Translations under genes and position numbers: made by a program
Shown here: positions 26,370-36,700 of the stretch, piece after piece
Layout: each line of letters opens with the position of its first letter
Numbering within the stretch: the first letter of the stretch is position 1
The notes under the pieces: model-generated
Database searches by the model: none
Seen by the model: only the letters and a program-made list of their open reading frames with translations
What the model was told of the DNA's origin: nothing
DNA from: a virus
IMG/VR virus record: IMGVR_UViG_3300045988_087627
Span: 1-44,613 of that record
Strand: one strand, 5' to 3'
DNA: 44,613 nt

Positions 26370-27134
26370 TTACTTTCTGGTCGGAGTAGATACGGCTTTT
26401 TCTGGTGACCAACCGTTGCGAATGCGAGAATAAACCGCACGGCGACTGATGCCAAAATGCTTGCACCAATCGCTGATGTTTTTTGTTTCTCCGTTTAGAG
26501 TTATCATAACATGGTCTTTATGCAGCGGTTCAGTGAGTGCTTGTTTGAATGACATTCCATTTTTCATTCTAGCGCGAACAGAAGCAGGGGAAATGTTGTA
26601 TCTTTCACACCAATAAGAAAACGGCATGGTTACATCGTCGATGGTTTCAAAACGTGTTGATGAACGATTGTTGCTTTGCTCACGCATGGAGACCCATCGA
26701 CAGTTGTCCGGCGAATAACCCTTGTCGTTATCTATACGATCAAGAGTAAGCGATGATTTGCAACCGACAGTACCAGTTGCCCAATCAATAAAATTTTGTG
26801 GATTATGCCACTCCTGGCATACGGTTATACCTCTTTTACCATAACGATGGAAATTATGATTGCTTTCGTTATAGCAACGCTGCATCATCGACCACCATGT
26901 ATGGTAAAACGGATTTCCGTTACATCCATGAGTTAGAGAAGTCTTGCCTTTAATGCAACCACAAGATTTGCGATGGCCAGACAAAACACGCGACGGAATA
27001 TCGCTAAAGTAGTTCCCGCAATCACATTGAAAAATCCATCGAGAGGCGTTAAAGTGAGTGGTTGAAGTATCTATTCCCACCACTTTCACATGGTTGATGT
27101 GCTCACCCAAGTGATTTTGTATGTTCTTTTTCAT
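26370..27134 (-). CDS. free-standing HNH-type homing endonuclease with two C-terminal HTH modules
   Basis: YHTWWSMMQRCYNESNHNFHRYGKRGITVCQEW...LTLDRIDNDKGYSPDNCRWV. There are two repeats of the ...S.WC....IS...V..R...G.S...A...P type. It is the only - strand gene in a + strand operon and is visibly lower in G+C. Confidence 0.8.
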   Translation of the reverse strand: MKKNIQNHLGEHINHVKVVGIDTSTTHFNASRWIFQCDCGNYFSDIPSRVLSGHRKSCGCIKGKTSLTHGCNGNPFYHTWWSMMQRCYNESNHNFHRYGKRGITVCQEWHNPQNFIDWATGTVGCKSSLTLDRIDNDKGYSPDNCRWVSMREQSNNRSSTRFETIDDVTMPFSYWCERYNISPASVRARMKNGMSFKQALTEPLHKDHVMITLNGETKNISDWCKHFGISRRAVYSRIRNGWSPEKAVSTPTRK

Positions 27135-27164
27135 ATAATCGTCCTCCGGTTTGGTACTACTAAT

Positions 27165-27173
27165 ATTATATCA
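27165..27173 (-). promoter_or_regulatory. extended -10 promoter element (TGATATAAT) for the HNH gene
   Basis: The reverse complement of attatatca. It lies 31 nt upstream of the ATG, before RBS ggagg. Confidence 0.5.
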
Positions 27174-27272
27174 CGATTTCAGTTTTCCGCTCTTGATAAA
27201 AACGGATAAAAGCGCACAAAACGAAGTAGCGCGCATTTCGTTTTGCATAAATCAAGAAAAGGAGAATTTACA

Positions 27273-28028
27273 ATGAGTGATGACTCTATGGCTCTGGGCT
27301 ATGCACTGGGGCAGGACAGCAACAACGGCGGCGGCAATGACGGCATGTGGGGCGGCAACGGCTCGTGGATTTTTGCGTTTCTGATCATCGCGCTGATCTT
27401 CGGCGGCAACGGCTGGGGCTTCGGCGGTAACAACGGTGCAGGCTATCAGGGTGCAGTAACTCGCAGCGACCTGTGCAGCGAGTTCAACTTCAACAACCTG
27501 TCTCGTTCCGTTCTCGGCATTCAGAACGGCCTGTGCGACGGCTTTTACAGCACGAACAACGGCATGCTCACCGGCTTCAACACGCTCGGCAACAATGTGT
27601 CTAACGGCTTCCACGGCGTAGACAACGCGATTTGTCAGCTCGGCTACCAGACGGCACAGCTTGCAAACAACACGGTTCAGAACATGAACACCGGTTTTAA
27701 CGGCGTGACCGCCGGTCTGACGGCACTCGGCACGCAGATGTCCGGCTGCTGCTGCGACACCCAGAGACAGATGGAACGCGGTTTCTGCGACATCAACTAC
27801 AATGCCGCTACCAACGCACGCGACATTATCCAGACGGCGCACAACGACACCGACCGCATTATTGCGCGCCTTGACCAGATGGAGAACACCCGTCAGCAGG
27901 AGAAGATCGCGGCGCTTCAGAACGAGAATCAGGCCTTGAAGTTCGCAGCTTCGCAGGAGGCACAGAACAATTACCTTGTAAACGCTCTGCGTTTTTCCGG
28001 CTGCGGCTGCAACGCTTGCGGCTGCTGA
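27273..28028 (+). CDS. Gly/Asn-rich single-TM protein with coiled-coil segment and CGCNACGC C-terminus
   Basis: ATG 27273 follows aaaaggagaattaca. TM helix WIFAFLIIALIFGG. It ends in FSGCGCNACGC. Confidence 0.7.
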   Translation: MSDDSMALGYALGQDSNNGGGNDGMWGGNGSWIFAFLIIALIFGGNGWGFGGNNGAGYQGAVTRSDLCSEFNFNNLSRSVLGIQNGLCDGFYSTNNGMLTGFNTLGNNVSNGFHGVDNAICQLGYQTAQLANNTVQNMNTGFNGVTAGLTALGTQMSGCCCDTQRQMERGFCDINYNAATNARDIIQTAHNDTDRIIARLDQMENTRQQEKIAALQNENQALKFAASQEAQNNYLVNALRFSGCGCNACGC

Positions 28029-28084
28029 GATACGATATTCAGGAGGGGGAGCAATCCCCCTGCCTTTGACAGGAGGGAATAGTT

Positions 28085-28471
28085 ATGGCTTGCAAGCCTG
28101 TACAGAAACTTTGTCCGAACCTGCGTATCTCACAGAGCGTGACCTACGCAAGCGGCGTACTGACGGTAAATATCCCGGCGGGAGATTACCAGAACGGCTG
28201 CGTATACGGTATCGTCATCGCGCAGAACATCCCGTCAACAACGATCATCGGCGCGCCGGTGGTCATCACGATCGGCGACGGCACGGTAACGTATCCGCTC
28301 TTAAAATGCAACGGCGCGGCGGCTACCGTGTTCAACCTCGACACGCGGCACAAGCACCTTTGCCGGGTGGTCACTTCGGCAACCGGCGGCAGTTTCCGAA
28401 TGCTCGGAAATTCCTGCTGCTCGCACTCTGACGCGCTGCGCTCGATTAACGGAACGGCGGTGACAGTATGA
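28085..28471 (+). CDS. Cys-containing hypothetical protein (128 aa)
   Basis: RBS acaggagggaatagtt. MACKPVQKLCPNLRISQSV... Confidence 0.65.
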   Translation: MACKPVQKLCPNLRISQSVTYASGVLTVNIPAGDYQNGCVYGIVIAQNIPSTTIIGAPVVITIGDGTVTYPLLKCNGAAATVFNLDTRHKHLCRVVTSATGGSFRMLGNSCCSHSDALRSINGTAVTV

Positions 28472-29121
28472 GAAGGGGAACAATGATGCTGCTGATGCAG
28501 CGGAACAGAAGAAGCGATTTTGAAGGCCGGGAGCACTACGGCGTGCGGTATGATATGCCGCGCAGCCGTTATATCGAGCCCTACGGCTACGACGAACCGC
28601 TCAGCTACTACGACGAGCGCATTCACGGCAGAGAGCCGGAGATGCGTCGGTACTCGAACGGCCGGTTTGCACCGAGAAGCAGCGCGGAATGGCCGGAGTA
28701 CGACGAGTACCCGGAAATGCGTCAAATCGGCTTCCGTGACGGCGATACCTCTTATGTGGGGGACAAGACGCACGGAACAGAGAAAATGCAGGGTTATGCA
28801 CGCGGCGGCGGCGCAAAGCTCAACCGTCAGATGGCGGAGAAGTGGGTGCGCGGCATGAAGAACGCGGACGGCTCGACCGGCGAACACTGGACGATGGAGC
28901 AGACCAGCGCAATTATGGAGCGGCACGGACTGCGATGCAATCCGGTGAAATTCTGGGTGGCAATGAACGCGGTGTACAGTGACCTCAGTGAGGTTGCAGA
29001 AAAGCACGGCGTGGGCAACGAGGAATTTTACGCGGACATGGCAAAGTCGTTCTGGCTGTGCGACAGGGACGCGGTAGAGGACAAGCTCGGCGCGTACTAT
29101 GAAAACGTCGTGAGACACTAA
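28468..29121 (+). CDS. hypothetical protein, candidate internal virion protein
   Basis: ATGA-coupled. Alternative ATG 28483 follows gaagggg. R/Y/E-rich N-terminal half and a globular C-terminal half. Confidence 0.65.
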   Translation: MRRGTMMLLMQRNRRSDFEGREHYGVRYDMPRSRYIEPYGYDEPLSYYDERIHGREPEMRRYSNGRFAPRSSAEWPEYDEYPEMRQIGFRDGDTSYVGDKTHGTEKMQGYARGGGAKLNRQMAEKWVRGMKNADGSTGEHWTMEQTSAIMERHGLRCNPVKFWVAMNAVYSDLSEVAEKHGVGNEEFYADMAKSFWLCDRDAVEDKLGAYYENVVRH

Positions 29122-29132
29122 CTTAACAGGAA

Positions 29133-29160
29133 AGCAGGCGGAAACGCCTGCTTTTATTTT
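29133..29160 (+). terminator. intrinsic terminator
   Basis: agcaggcg-gaaa-cgcctgct followed by tttatttt. Confidence 0.75.
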
Positions 29161-29181
29161 ACCCAAAAAGGAGAAAGATAT

Positions 29182-30720
29182 ATGGCAAGAAGTATATTCG
29201 GCATTGGCTCGGCGATTTCGGCGGGCATGGCTGCGGCTTCTGCTGCGGCGGCGGCGAAGAAAAAGAAGAACAACTCGAGTTCTTCGTCCTCGTCTAATCG
29301 GGGATCTTCGTCGAGCTCGTCCGGTTCTTCCTCGTCGTGGCTCGATCAGGCAAAGGCAAATTCGAGCGCATGGCACACGGCAGACGCGGCAACGAAAAAG
29401 AACCTCGAGCAGGCAAACCGGAAGCTGTACTCTGACCACGGCTACACCTACAACAGCAAGACGGGCACGTGGAGTGCGCCGACAGCCTCGTCCTCTGGCG
29501 GCTCGTACTCCGGCGGTTCTTCCTCCGGCAGTTCTTCCGCGTCCTCGGCGGTCAGCACGCCGGACTGGCTTAAACAGGCACAGGCCAACTCGCAGGCATG
29601 GCATACTGCGGATGCGGCAACGAGAAAGAACCTCGAGGAAAAGAACCGTGCGCTTTATGCGGGGCATGGCTACACCTACGACGCGAAAACCGGCACGTGG
29701 AAAGCACCGACGGCGGCAAACGGTGTGGCAAATACCGTCGGAAACATGCTCGGCGGCGCACTGAGCACGGGACTGAATGCGATGCAGCAGGCAAAGAACA
29801 AATACAACAACGTCGACTATTCGACCGTGCTTGCAGACCAGATGGCAAACGGTGCAACCTGGCAGGATGTACAGCAGTCGCTCAATGACCGCGAAACCAA
29901 GATCGCGCTGAACGGCGGCAAGCTCGACCAGTTTTCCAACGACGCGACGGCGAAGAACGCACAGACCTACATCAACAACATGAAGGCAATCGAGCAGCAG
30001 TATCAGGCAGAGCTTGACCGGCAGGAGCAAATCAAGCAGCAGCAGCAGGCGTACTACGACCAGATGGCAAACCAGATCAATCAGCAGTATTCCGCGATGC
30101 TCCCGACGCTCAACCAGAGCTATGATGATGCGGCGCGGCAGGCGTACATCAACTACCGCACGGCACAGCGTGACCTTCCGAGTCAGCTTGCAGCGGCAGG
30201 AATTTCCGGTCAGGGCGCGTCGGAAAGCGCACTGGTGGCACAGAACAACGCCTACAACAGCGCGTACAACCAGAACGAGCTTGCACGTGCAAACGCAATC
30301 CAGAGCGTGGAGAACAACCGCGCAAGCGCACTGGCGGGCAACTCGACGCAGGCGGCGCAGAGCATGGCAGACCTTGCAAACAGCCTGTATCAGCAGCGTC
30401 AGAGCATTCTGGCACAGCAGGAGGCGGCAAAGCAGAACGTCATCGGCAATCTGTACAACTACGGCAACGCAACCGGCAATTTCGGCGTAAACTCAACGCT
30501 CGACGCACAGCAGACGCTTGCAAATATCGCGTACAACAAGCGCGCACAGGATATGCAGCAGTCGCAGTATGACGAAAGCACCAAGCTGAACGCGAACGAG
30601 ACGGCGTACAACCGCGCAATGGATCAAGCGAACGCATATTATCAGGCATATCAGCAGACGCTTGACCCGACGTACCTGACGATGTACAAGCAGTGGCTCT
30701 CGAAGGCACAGAAGTATTAA
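29182..30720 (+). CDS. Ser-rich / Q-N-A-rich protein with two copies of a 48-aa W..QA.ANS.AWHTADAAT.KNLE..NR.LY..HGYTY..KTGTW.AP module
   Basis: RBS aaaaaggagaaagatat. The two copies are at 29338-29481 and 29566-29709. Confidence 0.75.
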   Translation: MARSIFGIGSAISAGMAAASAAAAAKKKKNNSSSSSSSNRGSSSSSSGSSSSWLDQAKANSSAWHTADAATKKNLEQANRKLYSDHGYTYNSKTGTWSAPTASSSGGSYSGGSSSGSSSASSAVSTPDWLKQAQANSQAWHTADAATRKNLEEKNRALYAGHGYTYDAKTGTWKAPTAANGVANTVGNMLGGALSTGLNAMQQAKNKYNNVDYSTVLADQMANGATWQDVQQSLNDRETKIALNGGKLDQFSNDATAKNAQTYINNMKAIEQQYQAELDRQEQIKQQQQAYYDQMANQINQQYSAMLPTLNQSYDDAARQAYINYRTAQRDLPSQLAAAGISGQGASESALVAQNNAYNSAYNQNELARANAIQSVENNRASALAGNSTQAAQSMADLANSLYQQRQSILAQQEAAKQNVIGNLYNYGNATGNFGVNSTLDAQQTLANIAYNKRAQDMQQSQYDESTKLNANETAYNRAMDQANAYYQAYQQTLDPTYLTMYKQWLSKAQKY

Positions 30721-30771
30721 CAGCACGGGGCGGCATGACCGCCCCTACCTTACTTTTACCGGAGGCGCAAT

Positions 30772-33700
30772 ATGGCAAGCAAAGATAAAAAATATCAGCT
30801 GAGCGAGGGACGCAAGAAGCAGCTTGAGCAGGCACGGCGGAACGCGAAGAACGCTTCGAAGCAGTCGAAACCCGCGTCGAACTACCTCGGCGGCTCGACG
30901 AAGAAAACCACCACAACCAAGAAAACAAGCGGCACGCAGAACCGAAACAATACAGTGAGCCGCTCTACCGGCGGCAAGAGCACGGTAACGAACCGGAACG
31001 TAAAGCAGGCGGACAAAGTAAACTCGGCGCGTCCCTATCGGCAGAGCGTCCGCAGCCTCGGCGACACGGTCGGCATTACGCGTGAGGGCAGACAGCAGAG
31101 GCAGGACACGAGGCGGCAGAACAACGCAAAGAAGGTACTCGAGACTGCAAAGGCAAACGGCACGTTCAAGGCCAGCGGCACGATAAGTGCGCCAAAGCAG
31201 AACACACTCCCGCGCGCAAGCGGCGGCTTTAGAAGCTCGGGCACGGGCAAAACGTGGAACGAGAAGGAAGAACGGCAGAAGGCGATTGACACCTTAAACG
31301 CGAACTCGATCATGTGGCACAACACCACGGACGAGGCAGAACGGAACCGCCTGCACGAGGCGAACAATCAGATTCGCAAGAGCTTCGGCATGACGTATCG
31401 AGACAAGACCGGCGCAACCTATCTCCCCAAGGCAGGCGGCACGACCAACGTTTCCACGCCTGTTGTCAAGATCGCCCGCGGCGCGGCGCTCAACCGTGCA
31501 GCAACCTCTCAGGCGCAGCGTCAGCAGCGCGTAGACGAGCTCAACAGCGAAATCGAGCGCATGCAGAAGCAGTACCCCTACCTCATCAACATGGACGTGC
31601 AAGGGCGGAACACGGCGGACAAGGCGGCGGCTATCGCTCACCTTGCAACTCATCCGAAACTTGCGATTGCAGGCATTAACGGCAGTGCGCAGTATGACAG
31701 GATGAGCGCAGACGAGAAAAAGCAGGCGCAGGCAATCTATCAGCTGTACAAGCGTCTGAACGACGAAAGCAACGCACTGAGCAAGATGAGCGCGGCCAAG
31801 TCGTGGGGAAGCGGCGCGGCAAACACGCTGCTGAATGCAACGGGCGCGGTGGAGAATGCGGGACGCTATGTTTCCGGCACGGCAAACAAGGCGGCAGGCG
31901 ATTTCCTCGACTTTATCGGCAAGGATAAAGCAGGTCAGTTCCTCAAGGGCACGGCGCAGAAAACGTTAGAGGGCAGTCTCTCAGACAAGGCCTTGCAGGC
32001 GGTAAATGAATGGGCGCAGCCTGTCGGCATGGCGAAAAAGGGACAGGAGTTTGCAGGCTCGGCGGCACGCATGGCGCCGGGCATTGCGGCGAACATGGCG
32101 CTGCCGGGCGCAAGCCTTGCGATGATCTACGGGGACAGTGCGAAAAGCGGCGTAAATGAAGCGCAGAGGGAGGGCGCGACGCTCGACCAGGCGATGCTTT
32201 ACGGCACGGGCGCGGGTCTTACCGAACTTGGCACGGAAAAGATGTTCAGCGGCATTCCGGGCATGGGTGAGGGCGTTATCAAGACTGGAAACGGCATTCT
32301 CGGACGCGCGGCGGATATTCTGGGCGAGGGCGCAGAGGAAGCGGCGAGCACGTTCATCAATCCCTATCTCAAGCGGGCAACTTACAACCCGAACGCGCAG
32401 AACGCGACGGCAAAGGAGCTGCTCGACAGCGCAAAGGGCGGTATCGCCATGTCGGCGCTCATGCAGGGCGCAAGCGGTGCGGCAAACCGCCTTGCAGACT
32501 ACCGATACGGCACGGACACGAACACGGTCTACACCTCTCCCGAGGAAGCAAACCGCGATATGGTAGACCCGGTCTATGCACTGCCGAACGGTCAGCGGCT
32601 TGCACTCCCTGAGGGCAACACGCGCACGGCAAACACGCTGTATGCGAACGAAAACGGCAGTGTGGCGAACAATCTGCGTGCATTCAATGATGTTCAGACC
32701 CCGGATGTGCTGTACGGCAATATGCGCGGCGATTTCACAGCGTCGCAGAACAGCGGAAACGTACTGTATGCAGGTCCGAACGGACAGGTGGCGCAGAGCC
32801 TTCCGACCGGGTATCTGCCGGAGGGACGCAGCACCAAGACCAGGATCGCGGCGCGCGGCGAGACGAGAACCATCCCGCTGATGGACGAGTTCGAGACCAA
32901 CGGCGGACTTTACCGCGGGGAAATGGAGTGGGCAAAGCTGCTCATCGACAACTCCAACGAGACCGGCGTTCCGATCAAGACGTATATCGAGGCGCTTGTA
33001 GACCCGGCAGAAAAAAAGATGGGCGCGGTGCTTGACGCGGCGGAACAGTACGTGAAGAACTACAAGAAGCAGGGCGTTTCTATCATTCAGAACGGAGACG
33101 GAACAGGCTACCGCGCAAGCAATAACGAAGATTGGTACAGCCAGTTCTACAGGAAATATGGGCGTGCGCCGAGGAAGTCGGACGCGGCCGACATTGCACG
33201 TGAGTTTATTCAGCACGATCTGCGTGCAGGCGGCGGCAACTGGGTATCGCCCGAGCTTGCGCGGGATTGGTCGGAAGCACAACAGATTCAGGCTGCGTAT
33301 GATGCCATCGGAGACGATGCGGTCAGCGCGGAGATCACACCGGAAGGCCTCAAGGTTATGAACGGCACTCGTGCACGCACAGAGGACATCCGCGAGACGA
33401 ACGCGGGACGGAACGCGATTGTCTCCCCGGCAGAGATCAACAACACGGCACAGCCGCTCGACCTCAATGCGGCACAGGGTGTACAGCAGGGCGCGGTGCA
33501 GAGCAATCCGACACTGCGGGATATTCGCCCGAAGCTCCGCACGGCGGCACAGGCGGCGCAGGAGAGTGCGCAGAATGCCCCGGCGGAAATTACGCAGCCG
33601 ATGCAGGGGAACGCACAGGGTGCGGCTCTGGGGGCACAGCAGACCGCACAGGCGAACGACATTAACCCGACGCTGAAAAAGGCGTGGGTAAATGCGGAAA

Positions 33701-36700
33701 GCTCGGTCGGCGCGGCGGAAGGCGGCTTTGACCCGTACTCCAGAATGGTAAACGACTACGGCGCTATCCCGGAGGGCGAGAACCCGGCGAGGGTGGTGGA
33801 TGTGCCGCAGAGTACCAATGGGGAGGATAGGGTACGCCGCGGCGCAAGAACCTTTATGGAAAGCGGCATTACCACCGATGAAATGATTCCGTCCTTTGAA
33901 CAGGAGGTCGCAAACGGTACATTTTCCTATAATGTGAAAACCGATAAAAGCGCACTGAACAATGCGGTAAGAACCATCAACAAGAAGGGATGGCAGGGCG
34001 CAATGGAACAGTGGGAGGACGTAACAGACGGCCGCAGAACAGCGAGCAAGGACGACATCGTACTCGCGGAAACCATGTACTCGGCGGCAGTCAAGTCCGG
34101 CGACACGCAGACGGCTATGCGGCTGGCGGCGGAAATCGCGGCAGAGGGTACAAGAGCCGGTCAGGAAGTGCAGGCTATCAAGCTGCTGAAAAAGACCACG
34201 CCAGAAGGCCAGCTATATTACTTGCAGAAGGCTGTCGAGAAAATTCAGCAGGAATACCAGGCGCGATTTGACAAGCTCGACAGGAAGGCAGAAAAGAAGG
34301 CGGCAAAGAATGGCGTTCCCGGCGCAGAGGTCGCAGAACAGCACGGCATCACTCTGAACGAGGATTTGGTGCAGGAGTTTTTGAATGCGCCAGATGAGGA
34401 CGCGCGGAAACAGGTCGTAGACAAGATTTATGACGATATTGCGAGCCAGATACCGGCGACGGCAGGCGACAGGCTGAACGCATGGCGCTATTTTGCGATG
34501 CTCGGCAATCCGAGAACACATATCCGCAACATTATGGGCAACGTAGCCTCTGCGGCGGCGCTCGATACCAGTCACAAGGTTTCGGCAGTCGGACAGAAGT
34601 TTTTGCCGCAGGAAAAGCGAACCCGTGCGCTGCATACGAGCAAGGCCGCGAAGCAGTTTGCCAAGGCGGACTATGCAAACGTCGAGGCGGAACTCAGCGG
34701 CAATGCCTACAAAACCGAAATGAGCGAAATCAAGCAGCGGCAGAAACTGTTTCCAAAGCCGCTGCAAAAGGTGATGGACGCGAACACATGGGCGCTTGAC
34801 GCGGAAGATCAGGTTTTTAAGAAGAAATCCTACATTGACAGCATGGGCAACTTCCTGACGGCGCGCGGCTGGGACGTGAACAATCTGACGGAAGCGCAGT
34901 TGAACGAGGCGCGTCAGCACGCGATTCAGGACGCGAAGATCGCAACGTTTCAGGATGCGTCTAAGCTGGCGGACACGCTCAGCCAACTGGAAAAGAAGAA
35001 CAAGGCAACAGAAGTTATTATCGGCTCGCTTGTGCCGTTCAAGCGCACGCCAATCAACGTTGCAAAGCGCTCGTTTGAGCTGTCGCCGGTCGGTCTGCTG
35101 AAAGCAATCACCTATGACGCGGTGCAGGTCAAGAAGGGCAACATGGACGCAACCAAGATGATCGACCACATCGGACAGGGTCTTACCGGTTCAAGCGTTG
35201 CGGCGCTCGGCGCGTTCCTTGCAGCGCAGGGCATTTTCTCGGCAGGCTCGAGCGACGACGACAAGGAAGCAAACCTTGACGCGGGCATGGGTCAGCAGGA
35301 GTATGCAATCAACCTGTTCGGCAAGTCGTACACGATTGACTGGGCGTCTCCGGCTGTTGTGCCGCTTGCGATGGGCGGCGAACTGTATGAAGCACTGCAC
35401 CAGAAGTACGACGATGACGAGACGGCCTTCAATCAGGCAATGGCAACGGTCAGCCGTATGTTCGACCCGATGCTCAACATGACGATGCTGTCCGGCATTG
35501 GCTCGACGGTTACGAGCGCGGCATACAACAAGAGCAATCCGCTGTTTGGCATTGCAAGCAACGTTGCAACCAACTTTGGCGGTCAGTTCGTGCCGACGCT
35601 GTTCGGACAGGTTGCGCGGACGGTGGACAACACGCGCAGAACCACCTATGCGGACAAGAACAGTCCTGTTCCGTCGAGCGTGCAGAAGTTCTTGCAGCGT
35701 CAGGCGAACAAAATTCCGGGTCTGTCGCAGAACCAGCCTGCATATACGGACGTATGGGGCAGAGAACAGAAAAACGGGCCGGACAATGTGTTTGCACGCG
35801 CGGCGTACAACTTCCTCTCGCCGGGCTATCTGGCAGATGCAAAGAGCACACAGACCGAAAAGGCGCTCAAGGAGCTGTATCAGGCAACCGGCGACAACTC
35901 TGTATTGCCAAGCAAGCCGCAGAAGTATTACAAGACTGAGGACGGCACAAAGAAGTTCCTCACTGCGCAGGAGTATTCCGCGCTGACAAGCGAGGGCGGC
36001 AAGATCGCACTGGATGCGCTCGGCAAACTGACAAAATCCGAAGCGTACAAGGGCATGACCAACGACGAGAAGATCGAGGCGGTATCCGATGTGTACAAGT
36101 ACGCAAAGGCAGTCGCGGCAAACAAGACCTACGGTAAGGAGCTTGAGGGCACGATCCAGACCGTCAAGGACAGCGGCATTGAGCCGGGTCTTTACTACGC
36201 CTACAAGGAGATGGAGGACAGTTATAACGACAGCATGGAAAGCTGGGAAGCGCGAGACCAGACGTTTAACTCCATCAAGAGCGACAAGTCGCTTTCTGAG
36301 CAGGAGAAGAACAGCCTGTATCACACGCTGCTTATCAAGGGTACATCTGACAGCCAGTGGGAGAAGTACCAGGAAATCAGCGGCAAGGTGACGGCCGAGG
36401 AGTTCGTTGACGCGATGATACAGAAGCAGGCTATCACCAAGGAGGGCGAGAACATCGACAAGGGACGCGCGGCGGCTGAGGCGACCGAGTTCTCTTATTA
36501 CCTCGATGCAAAGGGTTACACCGGCGCAAAGAGGGAAGCGCTCGAAAACACGTTCAAGTTCTATTCCATGGTCAAGGCGGACCCGGCAAACTACACCTTC
36601 GACATGATACGTGAAAACGGCGGCACAAAGGAGAAAGCAGCAATCGGCGAGGTCGAGAGCGCAGGCATTTCCGCGCCGCAGTACGCGAAGATTAAGACGG

